Part shown: positions 8,943 to 18,986 of the stretch, piece after piece | Numbering within the stretch: the stretch's first letter is position 1 | Layout: every line of letters starts with the position of its first letter | Source: an uncultured delta proteobacterium | GTDB lineage: Bacteria; Desulfobacterota; Binatia; UBA9968 | DNA: 64,000 bases | Direction: 5' to 3' | NCBI GenBank assembly: GCA_963737905.1 | Contig: CAVTUQ010000043.1 | Location: 1 to 64,000, forward strand | The notes under the pieces: model-generated | Seen by the model: only the letters and a program-made list of their open reading frames with translations | Databases searched by the model: none | What the model was told of the DNA's origin: nothing | Position numbers and translations under genes: made by a program

Positions 8943-11267
8943 ATGGAACTAGCAGATATCGGTAAAACATTTCGCCGGTTGGATTACGAAACCAAGGTGA
9001 CCGGCCGGGCGCAGTATTTGGCGGATATGAGTGTGCCCGGTATGTGCCACGGAAAAATTCTGCGTAGTCCCTATCCGCACGCGCGCATCAAGTCTATCGA
9101 CACTCGCAAGGCACTTAAAGTCCCGGGGGTCTTGGCGGTGATAACGCGGGATGACATTCTCCACGACGAAGGGATCGAACCTTACTACGGCCCGGTATTT
9201 AAGGATCAAACGATTGTCGCTGTGGAGAAAGTGCGGCACGTGGGCGATCCGGTGGCAGCGGTAGCGGCGTTGGACGTGGACGCGGCTGAAGAAGCGCTGC
9301 GTCTGATCGCAGTGGAATACGAGGAGCTGCCGGCGGTTTTGGATGTTCACGAGGCATTGAAGCCAGGTGGGATTTTGGTCCATGAGTCCGTTCGCATACC
9401 TGAATCTGGTTTTGCCGATCTTGCCGAGCTCAAGCCAATAGAAGGTACCAATATCTGTACTCATTTTAAGCTCAACCGCGGGGACATTCAGAAAGGCTTT
9501 GCCGAATCGGATCATATTTTCGAAGACACGTTTACTTTGCCTGCGACGCAGCATAGTTTTCTGGAAACTCACGCCTGCATCGCGTCGGTGGAGCCGGGCG
9601 GCCGGATTACCGTCTGGGCGACGACGCAAAATCCTTTCGTCGTGCGAACCCAGCTCGCCAACATATTCAAAGTTCCAGTATCGAAAGTGCGTGTTATCGT
9701 GCCCTACCTCGGCGGCGGTTATGGCGGGAAAGTCTATCCCAAGGTCGAACCCATTACCGTCGCCCTGGCGCAGAAGGCTGGCTTGCCGGTGCGCGTGGTG
9801 CTGTCGCGCGAAGAGGTTTTCTATACGATCACCAAGCATGCGGCGGCGATCCGCATGAAGACCGGCGTCAAGAAGGACGGCACGTTACTCGCGCGGGAGT
9901 GTGAAATTCATCTCGACACCGGCGCTTACGCCGAGATCGGTCCGCGGGTAGCGAAGAAGTCCGGCTATACGGCCGCCGGCCCGTACAAGATTCCCAATCT
10001 AAAAATCGATTCTTATTCCGTCTACACTAATAAACCGCCGGCGGGCGCGTTCCGTGGTTTCGGCGTATCGCAGTCGGCGTGGGCGGTCGAGTCGCAGATG
10101 GATATCATCGCCACGGCGCTGAAGATGGACCCGCTCGAGCTGCGCAAGCAGAACGGTTACAACGAAGGCGATAAGTTCGTTACGGAAGAGACGCTGCGCG
10201 CGATTGGACTCAAGGAATGCTTGGACGAAGTGGCAAAGTCCATTGGGTGGGAAAAGCATGGAGCAAGGAGCAGGGAGCAAAGAGCAGGAAACGGAAGCTT
10301 GAGGAGAGGAAAGGGTCTTGCCTGCATGATCAAGGCGACGATCACACCGTCGCTCTCCTGCGCGGTGGTGAAGCTCAACGAGGATGCCAGCCTATCCATA
10401 TACAGTGGCACGGTAGAGATGGGGCAGGGCTCGGAGACGGTGCTCGCACAGATCGCCGGCAGGGAGCTCGGCATTCCGCTACGAGCGATTCAAGTTCTCG
10501 GCGTCGACACCGACGTGGTGCCCTACGATCTGACAACTTCGTCGAGCCGCTCTACTTTCCACATGGGTAAAGCCGTGCAGCTGGCGGCTCAAGATATCAT
10601 GCGCCAGCTAAAGCAAATCGTTATGAAGGAATATGGCGTGCCGGAAGACAAAGTCACTTTCGCCGACGGCAAAATTCGTCTGCCCGAAACCCAGCTCGAT
10701 TATGCTGAGGTGATGTTCAAACGTTTCGGCATGCAGGGCGGAACACTGGTTGGCGACGGGCAGGTGAAGACCTTGGTCAAAGACGAATTCGGCGAAAAAA
10801 GCACCTCGGCCTTCTGGTTTCTCGCCGCCGGCGCCGCCGAAGTCGAAGTGGATCTGGACACCGGGAAGTTCAAACTGATCAAATACGCCACCGCCGTCGA
10901 CGTTGGCAAGGCGATCAACCCGCTCGGCTGCCGCCAGCAACTCGCCGGCGCGGCGATCACCGGAATTGGCCAGGCGATGTTCGAGGAGATCGCCTATGAC
11001 AACGGCCAACTGATCAACCCTAACCTGGTCGACTACGTTTTGCCGTCCCTCGGCGATATGCCCCCCGTGATTGACCCGATTTGCGTCGAAGTACCGGACC
11101 GAAACGGCCCCTTCGGCGCGAAGGGAATCGGCGAGAGCGCGCTCATTCCGGTGGCGCCGGCGATTGCCAACGCGATTTACGATGCGGTCGGTGTTCGCAT
11201 CAAGGATCTGCCCATCAAAGCGGAAAAGATCTATCTGGCATTGGAGGATCAAAAAGGGAAACCATGA
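8943..11267 (+). CDS. Xanthine dehydrogenase-family molybdopterin-binding (large) subunit
   Basis: KVTGRAQY, GGGYGGK, AFRGFG, EMGQG, SSRS, GAKGIGE. Start trimmed to ATG 8943, after the repeat. Confidence 0.93.
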   Translation: MELADIGKTFRRLDYETKVTGRAQYLADMSVPGMCHGKILRSPYPHARIKSIDTRKALKVPGVLAVITRDDILHDEGIEPYYGPVFKDQTIVAVEKVRHVGDPVAAVAALDVDAAEEALRLIAVEYEELPAVLDVHEALKPGGILVHESVRIPESGFADLAELKPIEGTNICTHFKLNRGDIQKGFAESDHIFEDTFTLPATQHSFLETHACIASVEPGGRITVWATTQNPFVVRTQLANIFKVPVSKVRVIVPYLGGGYGGKVYPKVEPITVALAQKAGLPVRVVLSREEVFYTITKHAAAIRMKTGVKKDGTLLARECEIHLDTGAYAEIGPRVAKKSGYTAAGPYKIPNLKIDSYSVYTNKPPAGAFRGFGVSQSAWAVESQMDIIATALKMDPLELRKQNGYNEGDKFVTEETLRAIGLKECLDEVAKSIGWEKHGARSREQRAGNGSLRRGKGLACMIKATITPSLSCAVVKLNEDASLSIYSGTVEMGQGSETVLAQIAGRELGIPLRAIQVLGVDTDVVPYDLTTSSSRSTFHMGKAVQLAAQDIMRQLKQIVMKEYGVPEDKVTFADGKIRLPETQLDYAEVMFKRFGMQGGTLVGDGQVKTLVKDEFGEKSTSAFWFLAAGAAEVEVDLDTGKFKLIKYATAVDVGKAINPLGCRQQLAGAAITGIGQAMFEEIAYDNGQLINPNLVDYVLPSLGDMPPVIDPICVEVPDRNGPFGAKGIGESALIPVAPAIANAIYDAVGVRIKDLPIKAEKIYLALEDQKGKP
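10254..10288 (+). repeat. Five GAGCAnn heptamers inside the Mo-subunit coding sequence
   Basis: aagcatg gagcaag gagcagg gagcaaa gagcagg, read in frame as KHGARSREQRAG. Confidence 0.75.
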
Positions 11268-11740
11268 GATGTTTCCCCGGGAGCGGGGCCGATACATCTT
11301 CGAGTTCGGCTACCGCGGGAACGTTCTTGTTGTTTTTTGTCGCGTGCCTGCTCGCCGGCTGCAATTCGGAAGTTCTGGAAAAACAGACGGAACAGCTTCG
11401 ACGACAGGAAATAGACATCGCCCGGCAGCGAAAGGAAATCGACGATCTTTTGGCGGGGCAAAAGCTTCAAGATCAGAAATCGCGGGACTGCAATCGCGCG
11501 TTCCGCGAATACTTCGAGAAAGCCCAGATCAGCAGCGACCGTGAACAAGCGATTGCTCTCTACCGCGACGGACTCGCCATCTGTCCGGACGACGATGTGG
11601 CGCACTACGAATTTGGGAAACTCCTCGCCGACCGAGGAAGGTTTCCCGAAGCAGAGGATGAATTCGAAGCCGCTCTCAAAATCAACCCCGACTTCGTTGA
11701 CGCCAAAAAACAATTGGATACGGTTCGAAAGAATCGCTAA
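11264..11740 (+). CDS. Small TPR lipoprotein
   Basis: Lipobox LAGC, coiled coil, then TPR-like segments (AHYEFG...EAALKINP). Confidence 0.75.
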   Translation: MRCFPGSGADTSSSSATAGTFLLFFVACLLAGCNSEVLEKQTEQLRRQEIDIARQRKEIDDLLAGQKLQDQKSRDCNRAFREYFEKAQISSDREQAIALYRDGLAICPDDDVAHYEFGKLLADRGRFPEAEDEFEAALKINPDFVDAKKQLDTVRKNR

Positions 11741-11984
11741 CCTTAGGCGTGCCATTGCTAGCCTTGCGATTGCCATGAAGATCAAAGGATGTAGCGGGGC
11801 TCCTCTGAAAATCTCTGCACTGCTTCCACGAAGGTTTTTATCCCTCCAAGTTTACCTGTGCGCTTTTAAGCCAATATAACGCCGAGTCCGCCTTTACCAC
11901 GTGGGAGTCGTGAGCGTCTATTTATTTTGCTTTGGACGAGGGGAAATTATAAGCTTGTGCGAATTATTTTAAGGGGGGAAAACT

Positions 11985-13350
11985 ATGATCGTCGGGGTAA
12001 AGAGATTGCCGCAACTCGTCTTATTCGCCGTGATGTCGACAGTGCTATTTCCGCTGCTAAGCTCGGCGGCAGACGTTCCCGCCCGCACGCAACCACAACC
12101 AGCGCAAACCGCAAATCCGCAGGCGAACAATGTTTTGACCCTGGACGAAGCAATCCAGATCGCGTTGGAGAATCATCCTAGTATCAAGGCCTCGAAGGAA
12201 CGTATTGGCGCCCAGCAGGCGGTTTTGGGACAACAAATGGCGGCCTATTACCCAACGTTTGTGATGAACAATCAATACCGGACTGGCAACGAAGTAGGCA
12301 ATACCACCGGGGATTCGCAAATCATGTTTGACACCTTCTTCAGTCAAACTGCCATGAACATGATCCTTTACAATTTTGGCAAACGGGAAGGGACGGTTCA
12401 GGCGGCCCGGGATACCCTAGATGCGACCAATTACAATTATAAGACGACTATTGACAGCGTCATTGTCGGTGTTAAACAAGCCTATTACCTCTATCTTGGG
12501 TCAAAGGCGATTGTCACCGTTAGAGAAGAGACGGTCAAAAGTCGAGAGCTGCTTGTCAATCAAGCGCGTGGCTTCTTTGAGGTGGGAACCCGAGCTAAAA
12601 TTGACGTTGCTCGTGCCGAGACCAATCTGTACCTTTCGCAAGCAGACCTGATTGCAGCCAAAAACGCAGTGCAACTGGCCTGGGTTATCCTTAAAAATGC
12701 ACTCGGTGTGAGAAACCTGCCCGACCGACCTTTGCAAGAGGAAGCGATCGTGACGGACATCCCATATAGCCTCGATCAGGCCAAAGAATTGGCTTACGCT
12801 TCCCGGTCCGAATTAAAGAGCTTTAATGCTCAAAGAAAGGCGCAAGATCAGACCATCGCCGCGGCTAGGCGGGGCCATCTCCCCGATATTATATTCGACG
12901 CCAATTACCGGCGCAGCAATACCAGCGTTATCGTCAGCGACAAATCAGAGCACATTCCCGCTTCCGGCGGGTTGGCAAGTGCAGTTGAGTTTGGTTGTTC
13001 CAATCTTTGACGGATTTCGGACCACCAATCGAGTGGAGGAAAGCTTGCGCAACTATTACGTGATCAAGGACCAAGAAGAATTGCAGCGACAGCAGGTTGC
13101 CCTCGACGTGGAGCAGGCCTATCTGCGGTTGGAGGAATTGCGGGACAGGATCAAGGCGAATGAGTCGGCGAAAGACGCGGCCAAGGAAAATCTCGATCTG
13201 GCAATTGGACGCTATGAAATAGGGGTAGGGTCAATCATTGAGAGAACGGACGCTGAGACTCTTTACACGGACGCTCAGACAACATATGTTAGATCGCTTT
13301 ATGATTACAAAATAGCCGAGGCCCAGCTGACGCGGGCTATAGGACAGTAG
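11985..13350 (+). CDS. TolC-family outer membrane efflux protein (one frameshift near 12940-12960)
   Basis: ORF 11985-13010 (LTLDEAIQIALENHP) continues in ORF 12826-13350 (PIFDGF, RYEIGVG). Confidence 0.85.
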
Positions 13351-13426
13351 GGCACATAGTGCTATGATTTGAGCGGCTAACAAGAGGCAACAGGGTTTTA
13401 ACAACCAGTGGGTTGGGAGAGATAGT

Positions 13427-14674
13427 ATGCGGCGTTCACTCTGGATTCTCATACTGCTGCTGGTTCTGGGTGGCTTTGCGGGAATCCAACAGTACACTTC
13501 TTGGTCGTTAAGTAAGCCTCAGCCTAAGTCTGAAGGAGCGTCCGCTGGCCGGGCGCAGCAGGGTCGCCCTGCGGGTGGACGATCGCGCGAAGCCGTACCT
13601 GTCCTCGTCGCTACTGCCGAGCGGAAAACGATGCCTCTCCAGGTTCGGGCGGTCGGCAACGTCGAGGCTTACTCCACCGTTGCCGTCAAAAGTCAGGTTA
13701 CGGGCGTGCTCACGAAAGCCCACTTCATAGAGGGTCAAAATGTCAAAAAAGGACAGCTACTCTTCACCATCGACCCCCGTCCATTTGAAGCGGCTTTGAA
13801 ACAATCCGAGGCGAACCTGGCGCGGGACGCAGCACAGCTAGAAAACGCGCAAGAACAGGCCCGCCGTTACTTGGAGCTGGTCAAGAAACAGTTCGTTTCG
13901 AAGGAGCAGTACGATCAGATCCGCACCAACGCTGCTGCCCTGGAAGCGGTGGTGGAGGCGGACAAAGCCGCGGTGGAAAATGCTAAAGTTCAGTTGAGCT
14001 ATTGTTATATTTATTCGCCGATAGACGGGCAACTGGGAACCTTGCTGGTGAACGAAGGTAACTTGGTGCGAGTTAACGATGCCGCTCCTTTGGTGGTGAT
14101 TAATCAGGTTGCACCTATTTACGTAACTTTTTCGGTGCCGGAGCAAAATTTGCCCGACATTAGACGCCATATGGCTGCGGGCAGTCTCAAAGTCGAAGCG
14201 AGCTTCCAGTCCGACGAGGGGCGCCCGGCAGAGGGAAATCTCGCCTTCATCGACAATGCCGTTGACCGTACCACCGGAACGATCAAACTCAAGGCGGAAT
14301 TTAAGAATGCCGACAAACGCCTATGGCCGGGCCAATTCATCAACGTAGCTTTAACCCTGTCTACGCAGTCCGATGCGATCGTCATACCGTCGGAAGCGGT
14401 CCAGGTCGGCCAGGAAGGTCAACATGTGTTTGTCGTGAAACCCGACAAGACAGTCGAGATGAGACCGGTCACTGTGGGGCAAACAAATGAAGGCGAAGCC
14501 ATCATTGCCAGCGGGCTGGCGGCGGGAGAGAAAATCGTGCGAGAAGGACAATTTCTGCTCGGACCCGGATCCCGAATAGAGATCAAAGATCCCAGCACAA
14601 CGGCGGCAAAAGAGGGGAAGAGAGAACGAGCACGTCCAAGTAAAGCCAAGAAAGGAGAAAGGGGCGAGTCATGA
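13427..14674 (+). CDS. RND efflux membrane fusion protein (MdtA-like)
   Basis: N-terminal TM, EGQNVKKGQLLFTIDPRP, IYSPIDG, IDNAVDRTTGTIKLKA, LWPGQF. Confidence 0.93.
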   Translation: MRRSLWILILLLVLGGFAGIQQYTSWSLSKPQPKSEGASAGRAQQGRPAGGRSREAVPVLVATAERKTMPLQVRAVGNVEAYSTVAVKSQVTGVLTKAHFIEGQNVKKGQLLFTIDPRPFEAALKQSEANLARDAAQLENAQEQARRYLELVKKQFVSKEQYDQIRTNAAALEAVVEADKAAVENAKVQLSYCYIYSPIDGQLGTLLVNEGNLVRVNDAAPLVVINQVAPIYVTFSVPEQNLPDIRRHMAAGSLKVEASFQSDEGRPAEGNLAFIDNAVDRTTGTIKLKAEFKNADKRLWPGQFINVALTLSTQSDAIVIPSEAVQVGQEGQHVFVVKPDKTVEMRPVTVGQTNEGEAIIASGLAAGEKIVREGQFLLGPGSRIEIKDPSTTAAKEGKRERARPSKAKKGERGES

Positions 14675-17600
14675 ATATCTCCGGGCTCTTCATTCGTCGG
14701 CCGATCACCACGACCCTGGTAATGGTCGGCATACTCATGTTCGGTCTGATGGGGTATAAATCCCTTCCGGTAAGCGATTTACCGCCCGTCGACTTCCCCA
14801 CGATCGTAGTCAGTGCCAATCTGTCCGGCGCTAACCCGGATACGATGGCCGCCACGGTGGCGACGCCCTTGGAAAAGCAATTCGCGACGATTGCGGGACT
14901 GGATTCCATAAATTCGGTTAGCACGCTCGGTCGCACACAAATCACACTCCAGTTCAATTTGAGCCGCGATATCGATGCCGCGGCGCAGGACGTGCAGTCG
15001 ATGATCTCGCGAACACTGCGCGACCTGCCGCCGAGCATGAACTAACCCGCCGTCGTATCGAAAGGTAAATCCGGCAAACAATTCCATTTTTTTGATGGCG
15101 CTAACGTCGGAGTCTCTCCCACTATCAACAGTAGATGAGTACGCGGAGAGCATCTTGGCCCAGCGCATCTCCATGATCAGCGGGGTTGCCCAGGTAAACA
15201 TCTTTGGCGAGCAAAAGTACGCCGTGCGCATTCAGCTCGACCCGAATCAGCTGGCGGCGCGGCAGATCGGCATGGACGATGTTGTCAACGCCATACAACG
15301 GGGCAATGTTGACGTGCCGGTGGGAACCTTGGACGCTCCCAACCGGGCTTTCACACTCGTTTCAGAAGGCCAGCTCAAAAATGCGGAGGCTTTTCGCCCC
15401 CTCGTGGTTGCCTATCGCAACGGCGCTCCGGTTCGGCTTCAAGATCTCGGGAAAGTCCTTGACAGCGTAGCGGATACTCGGGTCGCAAGCTGGTTTAAAG
15501 ATAAACGGGCGATCATTTTAGGCGTGCAACGGCAGGCCGGGGCCAACGTCGTTGAGGTCGTCGATGCGATTAAAGAAGTTCTGCCGGAGCTTCGGAAGCA
15601 GATTCCGCAATCCATCAATCTGGATGTTTTCTTTGACCGCACTCAGGGCATTCGTGAATCGGCCCATGATGTCCAGCTGACGCTGATAGGCACGATCGTC
15701 CTGGTCATCCTGGTGATCTTTCTCTTCCTGCGCAATATTTCGGCGACGATCATACCGAGCTTGGCGTTGCCGATGTCGATCGTCGGCACTTTCGCGGTGA
15801 TGTATCTGCTCGATTATAGTCTGGACAACCTCTCGCTCATGGCTCTCACCCTGGCCGTAGGATTCGTCGTCGACGACGCCATCGTCGTGCTGGAAAATAT
15901 CGTGCGCCACATGGAAGAAGGCGAGCCGCCCTACGAAGCGGCGGTGAAGGGCGCTAAAGAGATCGGATTTACGATCGTTTCTATGACTATTTCTCTGGTG
16001 GCTGCATTTATCCCGGTGCTGTTCATGAGCGGCATGATCGGCCGGCTGCTGCGAGAATTTTCCGTCACGATTTGCGTGGCGATCCTGGTTTCCGGGTTTA
16101 TCTCCTTAAGCTCTCACTCCCATGCTATGCAGCCGTTATCTCCGGCCGCCCGCCACGCAAAAGCACGGCTGGTTGTACAACTTTTTGGGACGTTGTCTGG
16201 ACTCGATGAATAGAGGCTATGAAATTTCGCTCCGCTGGGTGATGAAGCACCACGTCGCGACCTTCGTTGCCTCCATCATCGTGTTGTTAGCGACGATTCA
16301 CATGTTTGGCTTGGTCCCCAAAGGTTTCATTCCGAGCGAAGATACCGGGCAAATTCTCATCAATACCGAAGGGGCTGAAGGGGTATCTTTTACCCAGATG
16401 ACTCAGTACCAGCAGCAATTGGCCAACATCGTTGCCGAGGACCCTAACGTCGAGTCTTTTTTCTCGAGCATCGGTATCGGTGGAAACAGTGTGACGGGTA
16501 ATTCCGGCCGTATTTTCATCAAACTCAAGGACCGGTCGGAGCGGCCTTTGACCGCGGACGAAGTCATCCGGGAGCTACGGCCTAAACTGTCGGGCGTCCC
16601 GGGAGTCCGTGTCTCGCTTCAGAATCCCCCGGTGATTCGAATCGGCGGACGGCTTAGCCGAAGCCTTTACCAATTCACAATGCAGAGCACGGATGCGAAG
16701 GAACTCTTTCGTTATGCCTATCAGTTTGAGGAAAAGTTAAAGGCCCTTCCGGATTTCAGGGATGTCGCTAGCGATCTACAAATTCGCAATCCGCAGTTGC
16801 AAGTGGTGGTTGACCGCGACAAGGCGTCAACCATGGGGATTACCGCCCAGGGGATTTCGCAACGCCAAATCGAGGAGGCGTTCTGGAATTCCTATGCGAC
16901 CCGGAAAGTTTCGACGATCAATACCCCGAATAATCAGTACGACGTCGTTTTGGAGCTGGATCCAAAGTTTCAGAAAGATCCATCGGCGCTGTCGATGCTT
17001 TATATTCGCTCCACGAACACGCAAAACGCGACAGCCCAACCGATGGTACCCCTGGGCTCCGTGGCGAAAATCATATACAGCGCCGGTCCGCTGTCGGTGA
17101 ATCACTCGGGACAGCTACCTTCGGTTACGCTTTCATTTAACTTACGGGAGGGAGTTGCTCTCGGCGACGCGGTCGCAACGATCGACAAGTTGGCCCGCGA
17201 TATCCTTCCGGGAACCATCACCACGAGTTTTCAGGGGACGGCTCAGGAATTTCAAAGGTCCATTAGCAGTCTCTGGATGCTTCTTGCATTGGCCGTGTTC
17301 GTTGTTTATCTGGTTTTGGGAATTCTTTATGAGAGCTTTATTCACCCGCTGACGATTCTTTCGGGTCTGCCGTCAGCCGGCTTGGGCGCGTTGATCGCTC
17401 TGTACTACTTCGGCATGGACTTGAGTATCTATGCTTTTGTCGGCTTGATCATGCTCATCGGCATCGTGAAGAAAAACGCCATCATGATGATCGACTTCGC
17501 GCTGGAAGGCCAACGGAACGAGGGCAAGAGTCCCGCCCAGGCGATTTATGAAGGCGCCCTGGTGCGATTTCGGCCGATTATGATGACGACCATGGCCGCG

Positions 17601-17879
17601 ATCATGGGAGCCGTGCCGATTGCTCTCGGGTGGGGCGCAGGGGCGGAAGCGCGTCAACCTCTGGGCGTAGCCGTAGTCGGCGGGCTTCTGATCTCCCAGC
17701 TTTTGACCCTGTACATCACGCCGGTGGTTTACCTCTATCTGGAGAAGTTGCAGGCGATGATGGTCGCATTGCCTGAAAGGCTGCGCGGGCGTTCGGCGCG
17801 TCGCCCGGCTCAAGCTGGCGAACCGGTGCTCACCCACAAACTGACGGTGGAGAATCAGGGCACGGGGAAATTGCCGTAG
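14671..17879 (+). CDS. RND efflux permease (MdtB/MdtC-like), split by frameshifts near 15041 and 16112
   Basis: Three consecutive ORFs give FIRRPITT, GFVVDDAIVVLENI, GIVKKNAIMMIDFA and RFRPIMMTT. Removing one base at each break restores PPSYRKVNPA and ISLSLTPMLC. Confidence 0.9.
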
Positions 17880-18051
17880 GAGATTATTCGCGCGACGATC
17901 AATCGCAGTTCCTATGGGCAGCGGTCAACCCGGACGTCGGAGTTCATCGGGCTGGTTCGTTTGTCCGTTAAATTTTATTCCTGAGCGCCAGCGAGCAACC
18001 ACAAGCCAAGTTTACTTACTTTTCCCCAACCCCACTCCTAAATCCGCGCAA

Positions 18052-18966
18052 ATGAAGCGATACGGTTGGTTGTTAGTCACGCTTGCCGCAGGTGCTCTGA
18101 TGATCGGCACCACCAAGTTGCCGCCCGCGATAATGAAGAAAGTCGTCGGCTGGTTTGTCACTGACGGTGCCGGCCCGGTGACAGGGGCGCCGGTCAACAG
18201 AGAAATAATGCCGCATGTCGTTCGTGGGCGTGGACAGCTTGAAGCGGTTGGAGTCGTCGATGTGTTTTCTCCTGTGGCGGGCCAGTTGACCGGCGTCCGA
18301 TTTAAGGCCGGCGACCGGTTTTCTAAAGGCGAAATTCTAGCTCTTGTCCGTTCCGATGAATTGCTACAGCGAGAAGAGAAAGTTGCAGCGGCCTTCGATG
18401 CAGCCAAGGCGGATCTCCGGCAAAAAGAAAATCAACTTGGGGTGGCGGAGAAGGCATTGGAAAGAGCCCGTGAGTATCACAACAGAGAGTTGATTTCTAG
18501 GCGGGATTTGAATGAAACCGAAGCTGCGACAGAGACTGCCCGCGCTCAGCAAGCGCTCGCCCGGGCACAAGTGGAACAGCAGCAAGCCGTGCTCGAGCAA
18601 ACACGCCGTTTGCTGAGTGTTTCTAAGTTGGTCGCGCCGTTGAGTGGCGTGGTGATCCGCAGGCTAGCTGAGCCGGGCGCCTTTGTTCAGACTTCAACAC
18701 CGGTTTTTTCAGTTGGGGCTGTGGAGCCTTTGAGGCTCATAATCGAGATTTCCGATAGGGATATCGATTTCGTCCGAGAAGGAGCGGCAGCGGAGATTCG
18801 TGCCGATACACTTCCGGATCGTCTCTTCTCAGGTCAAATAATCGCTCTGCAATATAAGTTAGAAACAGCTCAAAGCGTCATCGCCGAGATCGAGTTACCC
18901 AACCGTGATCGGGTGCTGGCTCCGGGGATGAGGGTGGAGGCGACGCTGGTGCAGGACGGTCGATAA
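18052..18966 (+). CDS. Second efflux RND periplasmic adaptor (HlyD/MFP-like)
   Basis: SPVAGQL..FKAGD, coiled-coil hairpin, LVAPLSGVV..EPGAFV, LAPGM. Confidence 0.8.
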   Translation: MKRYGWLLVTLAAGALMIGTTKLPPAIMKKVVGWFVTDGAGPVTGAPVNREIMPHVVRGRGQLEAVGVVDVFSPVAGQLTGVRFKAGDRFSKGEILALVRSDELLQREEKVAAAFDAAKADLRQKENQLGVAEKALERAREYHNRELISRRDLNETEAATETARAQQALARAQVEQQQAVLEQTRRLLSVSKLVAPLSGVVIRRLAEPGAFVQTSTPVFSVGAVEPLRLIIEISDRDIDFVREGAAAEIRADTLPDRLFSGQIIALQYKLETAQSVIAEIELPNRDRVLAPGMRVEATLVQDGR

Positions 18967-18986
18967 AATGATCAGTTGCGGCTCAC

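Noticed and set aside
7500-11267. Aerobic CO dehydrogenase (coxMSL) or 4-hydroxybenzoyl-CoA reductase
   Set aside because: The active-site loop is AFRGFG rather than AYxCSFR, no cox accessory genes are present, and the FAD subunit lacks the HcrB Fe-S insertion.
14671-17879. Three-gene split RND or programmed frameshifting
   Set aside because: Single-base corrections restore canonical motifs, no slippery site is evident, and similar indels occur throughout the window.
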